A stretch of 64,000 bases of DNA, from the NCBI RefSeq assembly GCF_006345805.1, contig NC_042998.1, positions 125,674,001 to 125,738,000 on the forward strand, in the 5' to 3' direction. Made by a program: the position numbers and the translations under genes. The DNA comes from Octopus sinensis. Taxonomy: Eukaryota. The notes beneath the pieces were generated by a model that saw nothing but the letters and a program-made list of their open reading frames with translations, was not told where the DNA came from and searched no databases. This document shows, piece by piece, positions 27,115-38,789 of this stretch; position 1 is the stretch's first letter, and every line of letters begins with the position of its first letter.

Positions 27115-27950
27115 CATCGTCGTCATCATCATCATCCTCTTTTAATGTCCACTTTCCATGCTGGCATTGGATGGCTTGACATGGAGCTGGCTAGCAGGGA
27201 CCTGTCCTGACTCTGACTGTCTGTTGTGGTATGATTTCTACGACTGGATGCCCTTCCTAATGACAACCACTTAAAGTGTGCTGGGTGCTTTTTATGTGCC
27301 ACTGGTATGAGTGTGTTAATGCAGCACCAGCATGGGTGCTTTTTTAGGTGGCACCAGCGCCTGCAAAGGACAAGCCTGTATGTGTGGAAGACAGCGATTT
27401 TACTTAGCTTGACATGTCTTATCAAATACAACAAACCACCACATCTCCTGGTCCCTTGACATTTCCTCAGTAAAGCTCAGCATCCAAAGATCCTTTCTCA
27501 CCACTTCATCCCACGTCTTTCTGGGTCTACCCCTTCCACAGGTTCCCTCTACAATTAGAGCCCAGCACTTTTTATGCAGCTGTCCTCATCCATATGCATT
27601 ACTTGACCAAACCAGCACAGTCTTCTCTCATGCACACATCTGATGCCTCTTATACCCAATTTTCCTCTTAAATCATTTACACTCTGTCATACAGGCACAC
27701 TTTATCATTCCAGTGGAACATGCTGGCTTCATTTCTTTCTAGCTTTTGCAAGTCCTCTGTAGTCAAAGCCCATGTTTCACTGCCATGTAACATAGCTGTA
27801 TGTGCACAGGCATCATACAATTTGTCTTTCACTCTGAGGGATAGGCCCTTAGTCACCAACAAGGGTAGAAGCTCTCAAAACTTCACCCAGCCTGTTCTTA
27901 TCCTAGCAACTACACCTTCAGAACTCCTTCCCACACTGCTAATTTGGTTC
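27115..27950 (-). mobile_element. RTE-LINE 3' end
   Basis: ORF 27677 TKGLSLRVKDKLYDAC...MLHGSETWAL, 3'-UTR and (CAT)n tail. Confidence 0.85.
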
Positions 27951-28344
27951 CTTTTTTATCCTTGTATGTTAGATATGAAATTTACAAAGCAGTTGGGAAA
28001 GAAAGTATATATATGATGCATTACTATTACTATTACACAAGACTCAGTGCTTTTAATCATACTTCACAGTGAACTGCTACCAATTTGAACTGCTGTCACT
28101 CACAGTTCTTTGTTTTATAACAATGAGACAGTGCACCTTTAGTCACTTGGAGGGTGGTTGAAATCCTTGTTCAACATCTCCCCTTTTTAGAATCAGTCTC
28201 CTTTATCTTCTTCCTTTTTGAGAATGAACTCCACTCAGAGTTTTAATATCTCTTATGCTTAGGGTTCAATTCCAATGTAAAAATCAGCACACATCATCAT
28301 CAGCATCATCATCAAACAGCATCATCATCATCATCATCATCATC

Positions 28345-28381
<37 letters not shown>

Positions 28382-28414
28382 CCATTTAATGTCTGCCTTC
28401 CATGCTGGCTTGGA

Positions 28415-29625
28415 TCTTCTTTTTCTTAATGATCACAGTTGGTGATGCGGATTCAGAGTATTCCTAGTCTCTCTGACTCTAAGTTTATCTGTTCTAATGC
28501 TGCAAACGGTACAGTTTAAACGTCGGTATGGCATTTTCTTGTATTTGAAATCACACCTTTGTTTTGGTACACAGACTTAATTTATAAGACAGAACTTTAG
28601 GAAAAATATTAAAAAAATTTTTTTCAATTTGTCTGACGACTTATTTGTACTGAAGGAAAAACCATTCACCTTTTTACAGAAAAAGTTTATGGGAAGGTCC
28701 CATAAGTTAAATAATTCCATCCAGTCAGTACTGAATAAGTTTGTGGTATTATTTAACACAAAAACTTTAGCTTTTAAGGTTTTTTCATGAAATGTGTTGT
28801 TACTTATCGATTTGACCTTACAATATAATTTTTTTCCTGAAACACCATGGGGAAGTTTTGAAGTTTCACTTAATTTAGGTCTCCTGATCTTTTCCATGTA
28901 TTTGTGTTAATTATTGAGATATCACTGCCCATATCCAATTGTATCTTTATGTTTGTGTTATTAACAGACACAAATTTTCTTTAAGGCTCGTTTGTATTTT
29001 TTGCCACTGATAATCCATTTATAAGATTTTTTCTGTTGAACGTTTTTAGGTTCTGTCCTACAATGTAACTTTTTATGGCCTATTTTACCACACTTGAAGC
29101 ATTTTATATTTTTTAATGAACAGTTATTTTTAAAATGTAGACCACCACACCCATAACATGGATTCAGTTTTGACATTCTTTTCTCTTGTTTCTTTTTGTT
29201 ACTGGACAACACACTTGAATCTGAGAACAAGCTTTCTCTTCACTTTTATTTCAATCATGTTTTAGATTAATAACCCTCTGACATTCTTCTGCTACTGCTT
29301 GTAAAGTTAACTTTTGGTCCTATTCTAATTTTGTTAATATCTAGGAACATATATCTGCATCTTTGTTTACAGTAAAATCTTCAACAAAAATTAAACACTT
29401 GAACATGTCAGTGGTCAACTCATTCAATTTGAATTTCTCACACTCTCTGTTAACCACTCCAGCATAGGTGATGAAATCATCATCTTTTTTAACCAAATTT
29501 AAACACTGCCAGTGAGTATTGAACAGGGAACTTCTTCCACTGAAAATTTTTGATAAAATATTAATTGTTTCATTAAAACAAATCTCACCAGCCTTCTTCA
29601 ACAGAATATAATTACCATATTTTTG
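28415..29625 (-). mobile_element. Ty3/gypsy LTR-retrotransposon relic (gag - zinc knuckles - protease - start of pol)
   Basis: SLFNTHWQCLNLVKK...YAGVVNRECEKFKLNELTTDMFKCLIFV (ORF 29341), CYGCGGLHFKNNC and CFKCGKIGHKKLHC knuckles (ORF 28961), DWMELFNLWDLPIN (ORF 28577). No LTRs seen. Confidence 0.8.
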
Positions 29626-29970
29626 TACAGTTCTATACTTAGGAGATGAGGAATTATGTACATTATTTACATTTGATGGATATTTGTCCTCATCTTGTTT
29701 GTTGTTAACACAATGTTTCGGCTGATATACCCTCCAGCCTTCATCAGGTGTCTTGGGGAAATTTCGAACCTGGGTTCTCATTCCTAAGGTATTTTTCGAT
29801 GTTGCTGCTGTAGTTGTTGTTGTTGTTATTATTCAGGTCACTACTTGGAATGGAATTCAGAATCTTGGGATTAGTAGCCTGTACTCTTAACCACTATGCT
29901 ATATGCCCACGGGCATATGGCATAGTGTTTACTACTAATCCAAGATTCCGAGTTTGATTCCAAGCAGTGA

Positions 29971-30006
<36 letters not shown>
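29626..30006 (-). mobile_element. family A: tRNA-headed, hammerhead-bearing SINE-like element, head-to-head inverted pair
   Basis: Minus unit 29908->29626: tRNA-like head, (TAA/CAA)n linker, hammerhead, AT-rich tail. Plus-strand head-only arm at 29911-30006. Palindromic centre atatgccc-ac-gggcatat. Confidence 0.75.
29707..29752 (-). ncRNA. minimal type-I hammerhead-like motif (family A copy 1)
   Basis: GACAC CTGATGA A GGCTGG-AGGGTATA-TCAGCC GAAA CATT / GTGTT. Stem I 5 bp, stem II 6 bp. Inferred consensus GAAACGTT, with a CpG transition here. Confidence 0.6.
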
Positions 30007-30008
<2 letters not shown>

Positions 30009-30021
30009 TATATATATATAT

Positions 30022-30250
30022 ATATTATCCAAAATATACAGTATTATATATCCATCATGACTGATCTTACTAATCAGTTTTGCACAAGGTAACAATCTGA
30101 TTATATAACCTTGTGCTCATCAGAGTTAGCCATTATGGAAGAGAGCAATCAGATTGTTACCTTACACTCCATTGTATTCCCAGTGCAAAACCGATTGATA
30201 AGATCAGCTGTGATGAATATATAATACTGTACATTTCGGATAATATACCT
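30022..30250. mobile_element. family C: inverted pair carrying a hammerhead-like motif, Penelope pLTR-like
   Basis: 30022-30102 is the diverged reverse complement of 30147-30247 (which has a 20-nt insertion). Track ORFs 29871(-) and 30113(+) translate similarly (AKLISKISHDGYIILYILDNI vs AKPIDKISCDEYIILYISDNI). Confidence 0.7.
30066..30129 (-). ncRNA. type-I hammerhead-like motif (family C), decayed
   Basis: CTAACT CTGATGA GCACAAGGT...ACCTTGTGC AAAA CTGATT / AGTAAG. 9-bp stem II, stem I 5/6 pairs. GAAA reads AAAA, consistent with CG->CA. Confidence 0.55.
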
Positions 30251-30348
30251 ACTCTGTTGGCAGATATACAAGTGCAACTTTTCCCTGACTTTTGGACTCT
30301 TAGATGACTCATGCATGTGTATGTATATATATATATATATATATATAT

Positions 30349-30460
30349 CACCGTGATCACCCAGGCTATCAGATGCTGTTACACATCGCTGGTCACAATG
30401 CGCTTTGCATTGTTTTAGCCTTCAAATGACGCCACCCCGCTGGCTAAGCGAGCAGGCCAA
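30349..30460. repeat. short GC-rich repeat fragment inside (TA)n
   Basis: caccgtgatcacccaggctatcag...ggctaagcgagcaggccaa flanked by TA arrays on both sides. Family not identified. Confidence 0.45.
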
Positions 30461-31254
30461 TATATATATATATATATTTATATATAATAATAATATTAGG
30501 GAGTAAATCCAAACTAATAGTGGTTTTATCTCTAATTTAATATATATATTGATATATATACATATATTTATATACATATACATACACTCACATACAATGA
30601 GTATATAGGGATGAATTATCCAGCTAGGTGCCATATGAGCACTCAGTTATAGTCTAGGTTCAGGCAAAAACACCCAAGTAGTAGGAAGTACCTAGGATCA
30701 CAACTACACATTCTCTATGCAGAAACATGTGTTGGTCATATTAACCTATTATATTGCATAATTAATTGAAAAAAATAAAAGATAAATTTGAAGATGTACT
30801 ACAATCTCTGTAATTGTTTGAAGATGTGCCAGTGTCTGTATTCTTTGTAATTGTTTATTTTAACCTATATGCATATATACATATGACATCAGATTGGCAG
30901 GGTCATTGAGTGTCAGATAGAGCACCTTGTAACATATGATCTAGCTCTCTGTATTCTTTGTTCAAGTCTTGCCTTGGCCAACTTCACTTCCATCCTTCCA
31001 AGGCTGATAAATTAAGTATCAGTCCAGGGTGATGGGTTGATTGAATGTTAGTTTGTTAAGTGCAACCTTGTGACATCTGTTTCAGGTAATAGACTTGGGA
31101 AGTCCTTAAGCCAGTACCCAAATATTCCAGCTAACTCTCTGAGCCAGCACACAGGTTGGCAGCAGAGAATAAAAAAAGAGAAAAAGCATTCAAATCCCAT
31201 GCAGGCCCCACCATGTTCTTGTGTGTATATAATTATATATCTATATATACAGTG

Positions 31255-31288
<34 letters not shown>

Positions 31289-32069
31289 TACATACATACA
31301 TACATAGAGAGAGAGAGGTAGGGGGAGAGGTGGTGAAAGAGAGAGAGCATACTTAGGCACGTAGTTCATTGGAATATATGTTAAGATAAATAAATATTTA
31401 TATGTATTTATATAAACATTAAGTTTTATGCATACCCTGACTCATACATATACCTATAAACCAACGTACTATATGCATCTAACTGATGTGAATTCAAGAG
31501 GTCTTGAGTTTTCAATAACATGTTTACAAAATTTACATCTACGTATTGTGTTGAGAGTGCTTTACGCTGTACCCAAGCCAAGGTACATAACTCTTATTAC
31601 CTTAGTTTGTTGTAAACGGTTCTAATATATTTCACAAATACTTAAGGCGGCAGGTTGGCAGAATAATTAGCAAGGCCAGAGATTCCTGGGGAGCAGGTAA
31701 ATCGACTGCATCGTCCTCAGTCCTTAACTGGTATATATCTTATCGATCCCTAAAGGATGAATGGCCAAGCCGATCTCGAGGGAATTTGAACTCAGCACGT
31801 GATGACAGACGAAATACCTCTAAGCATTTTGTCTAGTGAGTTTAACTATTCAGCATGGTTTCATAATTTTGGCACAAGGCCAGCAATTTCAGGGGCGGAG
31901 GGTAGTGGGGGGAGGGATGGAACCAGTCGATTTACTGGTATTGTTTTATCAACCCCAAAAGGATGAAAGACAAAGTCGACCCAGCGGAATTTGAACTCAG
32001 AACGTAAAGACGGACGAAATGCATTTTACCCAGCCCGCTGCCTTAATAAAAATAATTATAATGATAATA

Positions 32070-32630
32070 AAACGCCCTGATGCAGTACCAGAAAGTGGCT
32101 TCATGGCTTCTGATCGTAACTGATTAGAAGTGTAATTATGTACATGTTTTGTCTTGGTATAAAAGATGGGCTACAGCAAATATTTTGCTCAATACCACAG
32201 ATTTGCATGTCAGTTGCTTAACCTTATCCAGTTGAGCATGTCCTTTAATAGCTGGCAATATGTGCATCTGATCCTGAGCAGGAGTAGTGGGGAAGCATCA
32301 TAGCCATGTATTGAGAGGAATTCTTTGTAGTTTGAATAATTCACCTCTGGAAACTTGAGTGTTTTGTTCATCATCCTTAAACAAACCTTTTTCAGTGACC
32401 TTTTGGGTGAGATAGACTACTTGACCTGAAGAAAATTCTAACCAGACCCCACCTGCAAGGTCATGCGCTGTTTATCTTAATATAAGATCACCATATCAAG
32501 CACATATGGTTGTGATGCATGTACCTAGTATATCCTTATTAGATAGATATATTGGGTTATGTATATTTGTACCACAGTGCCATTTTGATGGCATGCACTG
32601 CTCTTTCACTCAATAATAATAATAGTTATT
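32070..32630 (+). mobile_element. probable LINE 3'-UTR fragment bounded by (TAA)n
   Basis: Non-coding block between TAA runs and ending in aataataataat. Family not identified. Confidence 0.4.
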
Positions 32631-32634
32631 GTGG

Positions 32635-33010
32635 CACTGAGTGTATTAACAACCAGATTTGAGAAATTTGTTGGAGACATTGGGATTGACATGAGGTAGA
32701 ACATGCTCATAAAACTGCTCTATTGGGGCTAATGAGGATTTTGAGATTGGTACTTTGTTGTTAAGTAGAAAGAGACTATGCGAGATCCTTGACAACAGAT
32801 TGTTGTCCACTCTTTACAGTATTAACCAGAGCAAGTGAAATCGAGAGCTCTGAGAAATGAAATAGAAATAATAATTATAATAATGATAATGATAATAATA
32901 ATAATATAAAGGGAATTGGAATAGTGTACCCACTAGAGCTGTTACAAAAGGTTTGCCTCTTTGACACAGCCAGAATAATCAGAAAGTATTGGATAATTGA
33001 AAAGAACAGA
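32635..33010 (+). mobile_element. two R4/Dong-like (RLE) LINE 3' tips
   Basis: First tip resembles the 59770 copy (aaactgctctattgggg...gattttgagattggtact) and ends in TAA repeats. Second encodes ELLQKVCLFDTARIIRKVLDN*. Confidence 0.6.
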
Positions 33011-33465
33011 TTGCATGGTACCATAAACTGCAGGTAACAAGCCTGCTATGCATGCAAGACTTCAGGAGTTCCAAAAATCTTTAACAACAAGAGCACTCAG
33101 AGAGCGCAAACCTCTGCCAAGGCAACGCCAATGTTCTCTCCATGATTAGCCAGAGATGATTTTTAAAATGAGAATATCTGAAATAAATTCAACTGCTCTC
33201 ACAAATGAGAATACTAAAAATGAGCCTGACCGCTCTCAAAAATTAAGTAAAAGAACAGGAAAAATAATCCAGATTCCTCGTCTCCCCAAATCTAATCAGT
33301 TTGTGCCAACCATGAGGCCAAACATCCCTGAAAGTTTCATCTGAATCCATCCAGTTGTTCTTGAAACATTTTGTCCATGGATAAACAAACAAACAAACAC
33401 AACTGAAAACAATACCTCAGCCTTTGCTAAGGCAGAGGTAATAAAGATAATAATAATAATGATAA

Positions 33466-35311
33466 TTTATTCTTTTTATTGGCCACAAGGGCTGACACAT
33501 GATTAGTAAACATAAAGGGACAAAAACAGGATGAAAGGTTACAAAGGGTTTTGTCCGTTTTTGAAAAAATCTGAGTAAAAACTGTTTAACAACGAAAGAT
33601 TATAACAATGAAAAAAACTCCCAATAGGGGGAGGCGCTTTGAAAGGTTCCTGGTGGAAAAAAACCCATAAAAGCCAACAGGAGCCTGGTCAAAAAGGTGG
33701 GTAGAGAGCCCCTTTCTCCTTTTATAAAACCTTTTTCAATCACAGGCGAAACCTGAGAATTGGTCCATTTATACTGGCCATTCTTGCACAATTCACCCAC
33801 CTTTCAGAAAACTTGCTATCGGACAGCACTCTCCTCTCTAACCTCATCTTCCTTTTCAAGTGAAACTTGAAAAAGTTGATGAGGCCTTGACCAAAGTGGA
33901 AAGTGTCTGATTTTAGCCCTTTCAAACGGGTCCACCATACAATCTCTTTTGCCACAGCCACTAGGCACAGGAAAACAGCTTCGTCCTCCTTGTTAAAGGA
34001 GGTCGGTGGGGCAATCTTCACTATGGATTTGGCTGATAGCCAGATCCGTCCTATACGCGACAGTAGCTGTTCGACATAAACCCATAGTTCAGCAATACTC
34101 GGGCACTGGACGAGTGCATGCAGAACGGTTTCGTCGTCCTGGCAACACCTTGGGTAGGCCCGGCTGACGGCACTTCCGTGCCGGTAGAGTTTATCCCGAA
34201 CAGGCAGAGCCCCTCGGTAGCAATGCCAGGCGAAGGACCTCTGGAAATTATCCATTGGCCCCGGCCCGAAAGTCCTTCCAAACAGACCGTTCAGTTCGTT
34301 ATCATCAACGCCTAGAGTTTCCCCGAGAACGTCGTCGCATTTTTCCTCCACTAACCCTCTATAGAACGGTAGAGTGGAACTAAAACCGATCGCATTGCCC
34401 GCCCGGTGGAGGGCGGAGAGAGCTTGACGGCACTCGAGGTGTGAAGCGCCCTTTCTCGGTCTATATTTAATCCAGGTCTGCAGCTCTGTCAAAGAGACGA
34501 GCTGCAGAAAATCGCATCTGACAAAAGACGACCACACCTGATCACCGTCTAGGAAACGCTTGAGATGTCACAGCCTGAGCGCATGTCTGCGCATCAGTAA
34601 CCACGGCATGCCAAGGCCTCCATTCAGCGGTCGTTGACAGCAGATGGATCGCCTAACCAGTGGCACCTGTCCCTTCCACAAAAAGTCGAAGAGCAGGCAT
34701 ACCAGCTTGGCCAACCAGCGGTTGGGACAAGAGACGACGGTCAAGCGGTAATAGATGATGGATGCAATGTATGCATTCGCCACCTCCGCTTGACCTTTCA
34801 GGGACAGCTTCCTCTCGGCCCATTTCTGGGTGAGACGTGCCACCCTGCTCGTCACTTCTTCCCAGTTTTTATCCACCTGGAGGTCCGGACCGAACCAGAC
34901 CCCAAGCAGTTTAACGGGTCCGTCTGTCCAGCGCCCTACAACGCTGTTGGACGGCATGGGCTTGCCTCTCCAGGTGCCCAGTTGCAAGCCCACAGACTTT
35001 TCCGCATTAATCTTTGCCCCTGTCACCGCTTCGTACTCGTTTAGTGTCTCGCCAATCAGACCAATGTGCCTGTGGCTCGACACCATCACGGTGACGTCGT
35101 CAGCATAGGCAGACACGCTGTTTCCGCCTCCTAGATCACGCGGGATACCCCTTAAAGCCTCCAACTTGTGCAGTAATGGCTCGAGAGTCAATATGTACAA
35201 GAGGGAGGAGAGAGGGCATCCTTGGCAGACCGAACGCGAGATGTCAAACGGTTCCGAAAGGTGACCATTCACTCGTATCACCAAGCAGATGTTGCTGTAT
35301 AAACCAAGCAA
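33466..35311 (-). mobile_element. young GC-rich Tx1/L1-clade LINE, 5'-truncated
   Basis: ORFs 34568..35311 and 33740..34537 are in one frame, split by a single TGA. RT motifs QGCPLSSLLY, YADDVTV, INAEKS. C-terminal cysteine-rich motif (PRCC...ETVLHALVQC). AATAAA near 33475-33480. Confidence 0.88.
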
Positions 35312-37762
35312 TTATAGAAGGCTGTTAGAGGAGAAAGATAAACCTAAACATGACTGGGGTTGATTACCAGAAAGCATTTGACAGTGTTCCACACTCATGG
35401 ATACTGGAATCCCTCCACACAAATAAGGTAGTCCCACCACTACTAAAATATATTAAACATTCAATGGTAAACTGGAAGACCTGTATAACATTAAGAAATG
35501 ACTCACAAGTTATTAAAATCTACCCTATACACATAAGAAGAGGGATTTTCCAGGGAGACTCACTGCTACCCCTGATTTTCTGCCTTTCTCTGACCTCAAC
35601 AAACTTGTTAAATGAAACCACTATGGGTTATAGGTGCTACGGACAAAAAATAAACCATCTCCTGTACATGGGTGACCTAAAACTTTATGCTAAAAACACC
35701 ATAGAACAGAGAAACCTCATCAAAATTGTTCAGAGTTTCAGCAATGACATCGGAAATAAGCATAGGGTTGGACAAATGTGCCAGAGTCACACTGAGAAGA
35801 GGCAAATTATTCAGCACTGAAAACACTGCACTTGACATAGACACAGAAATTGGAGAATTAGACCACAGCTGCCCATGCAAATATCTAGGAGTAGAAGAAA
35901 CAGCTAAAATACAACACAGAGAAATGAAAGAGAAAATTAGGAGAGAGTATTACAGAAGAGTTATACTAATATTAAATACTGAACTTAATGCTAAAAATAA
36001 GGTCATAGGGATAAACATGCTAGACATACCAGTCATAAATTACAGCTTTAACATAATAAGCTGGAAGATCAGTGAATTGAGAAACCTAGATAGAAATACC
36101 AGAAAACTACTAACATAATTCCAAAGTTACCATCCCAAAACAGACATAGACAGAATATATCTACTCCACTCAGAAGAAGGCTGTAGCCTGACACAGATAG
36201 AAAACTACTATAAAATAACAACAGTTGGACTAGCAAAGTACTTAGAAACAAAGAGTGGAAGACTACTGCATGTAGTAAAGCAATATGAGAAAAAGAAAAC
36301 GCTTTTCTCTATACACAAGGAGGTGACAAAATACAAAACACAGACAAACTACACTGACACTACCTCAGATGACAACATTGCAGAAATGGTCAGAGAAACA
36401 AAAAACAACACGAAAACTGAATTACAAAAGATACTGAAGAAGAAATGGAGAGAAATATCACTTCATGGCCATTACCCTGCAAGGCTCGACAGAGAGTAAG
36501 TGAGCCTAAGTAAAAGCCAACAGTGTCTCAAAAGCTCTGGATTAAAAGCCAAAATGGAAGGACTGATTCTTGTTGCACAAGACCAATGCCTGACTACAAG
36601 CAATTAAAAAAACAAAATAATGAAAACAGGCCTCAACACCAAATGCAGAATGTGCAACCAGCACAATGAGACAGTTGACCACATCATCTCAAGCTGTCCA
36701 ATCCTTGCCAAGTCTGAATATGTATACAGGCACGACAAAGTAAGCAGTTATATCCACTGGACAATATGCCAACATAACAAAATCAAAACTGACAGCAGGT
36801 GATATAAACATGTGCCAAGCAAGGTTCAAAACAATGATCAGGCCTCAATCATCTGGGATATTCTGGTTCAAACCAGCAAAGAAATAAATGCTAATTGCCC
36901 ACACATAATAGTCAAGGATTGGGGAAAAACACTTGCTTACTGATAGACGTTGCAGTCCCTTCTGATCAAAATATTCTTTTCTACTCTAGGCACAAGGCCC
37001 GAAATATTTGGGAGGTGGCCAGTTGATTAGATTGACCTCATTGCATAACTGGTACTTAATTTATTGACCTCGAGAGGATGAAAGGCAAAGTCAACTCAGA
37101 ATGTAAAGACAGACAAAATACCACTAAGCATTTCGCCCAGTGTATTAACATTTTTGCCAGCTCACCGCCTGCTTCTGATCAAAATATTGTCTAAAAAGGA
37201 GTGGAGAAATTGTTGAAGTACAAAGACCTTGAAATTGAAGTATTCAGAATGTGAGGCATGAAGGTAAAAACAAAACCAATTATAATTGGAGCATTGGGCA
37301 TGATAAAAAAATCATATGAACAAAAATATAGAAGCTATGCCTGGATCCTCAACACTACACACTGTCCAAGAAATAACCCTGCTAGGAACAGCCCACATCC
37401 TATGCAAGACACTATCAACCCAGTAATAAAATCTAAACAAAACAACCCACAAATACATGACACACTCTACACAACATTTACTCAATGAAATAAACTCCCA
37501 CCGACAAGCTAGAAAGCCAAAGCATTGCACACTCAACACGCGATACAAGCAGTAGCACAACAAAAACAGCACCACACCTCAAGGAGAAAAAAACTAACAA
37601 AATACAGTACTGGGAAGAGTTCACACACTCCCAACAGCAGAAAAGAACATACAATGCTGCACGCACCCAAGGAATACAGAGGTGTAGCAGATGATGCAGT
37701 AGGAATTTGCCTCGGTCTACCAAATATTGAACAGTTATATAATGATAATAATAATAATAATG

Positions 37763-37826
<64 letters not shown>

Positions 37827-37830
37827 CAAT
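35312..37830 (+). mobile_element. R4/Dong-like non-LTR element (RT + CCHC + RLE), 5'-truncated, degenerate
   Basis: DYQKAFDSVPH, GIFQGDSL, HLLYMGDLKLY, CRMC...ETVDHIISSC...RHD, YKDLEIE, PIIIGALG. Long (TAA)n tail at 37740-37830. A SINE is inserted at ~36975-37150. Confidence 0.85.
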
Positions 37831-37834
37831 AAAT

Positions 37835-38255
37835 TAGCTCCATCCGAGCGGGATCATTGCCAGAGCAGCTGTCTGGCTTCCATGCCAGTGGGCACATAAA
37901 AAGCACTATTTGAGCGTGATCGTTACCAGCGTCACCTTACTGACACTTGAACAAAACATTCGAACGAGGTCGTTGCCAGTGCTGCTGGACTGACTCCTGT
38001 GCAGGTGGCATGTAAAAAAAAAAACCATTTCGAGTGTGGCTGTTGCTAGTACTGCCAGACAGGCCCTCGTGCCAGTGGCATGTAAAAGCACCCACTACAC
38101 TCTCGGAGTGCTGGCGTTAGGAAGGCTATCCAGCTGTAGAAACTCTGCCAAATCAGATTGGAGCCTGGTGCAGCCATCTGGTTCGCTAGTCCTCAATCGA
38201 ATCGTCCAACCCATGCTAGCATGGAAAGTGAACGTTAAACGATGATGATGATGAT
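37835..38255 (+). mobile_element. RTE 3'-UTR fragment
   Basis: gccagt..actggc and gtgcc..ggcac hairpin modules, ctggcgttaggaagg block, (GAT)n tail. Confidence 0.8.
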
Positions 38256-38279
38256 GTTTCTCTAAAAGAAACAGAGAAT

Positions 38280-38610
38280 CTTCAAAATACAAATATTTGG
38301 AAATAGAGGTAACTTGAATGTGGAGCCTAAAAACAGAAACAATTCCTATTATGGTAGGTGCATTAGGTATGATAAAAAATCATTCAGACAAATACATAAC
38401 AAAAACTCCAGGACTTACAAGTTTATATAGCATACAGAGAATAGCACTAGTATGCAATGCACACATCCTACATAAAACACTTTCAATACAATGAAAATAA
38501 GAGCACCACAACAAACTGCTGTGCATACCCAAGGTACACAGAGCTGCACTCGGTAGTGCAGTGAAAGCACATGATAAAAATAACACTACTGAATAATAAT
38601 AATAATAATC
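38280..38610 (+). mobile_element. R4/Dong-like 3' fragment
   Basis: KYKYLEIEVT*MWSLKTETIPIMVGALGMIK...AHILHKTLSIQ*, followed by a TAA tail. Confidence 0.75.
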
Positions 38611-38789
38611 CTGTCTACTTAAGACTCAAAACCTGAAATTTGGTGGGAGGTGACTAGCCAGTTACTTTGACCCCAGTGATTCACTGGTACTTAATTTATC
38701 AACCTCAAAAGGATGAAATGCAAAGTTAATGTTGGCAGAATTTGAATTCAGAACATAGCAACGGGAAAAATACTGCTAAACATTTTGCC

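Noticed and set aside
29341-29781. 146-aa ORF as a novel gene
   Set aside because: Chance fusion of the non-coding family-A tail with a gypsy gag remnant at the 29625/29626 junction.
29845-29975. tRNA genes (also the SINE heads at 8898, 22826, 41590-41644, 62723)
   Set aside because: A/B boxes are present, but there is no closed acceptor stem and the heads run directly into repeat bodies, so they are tRNA-derived heads.
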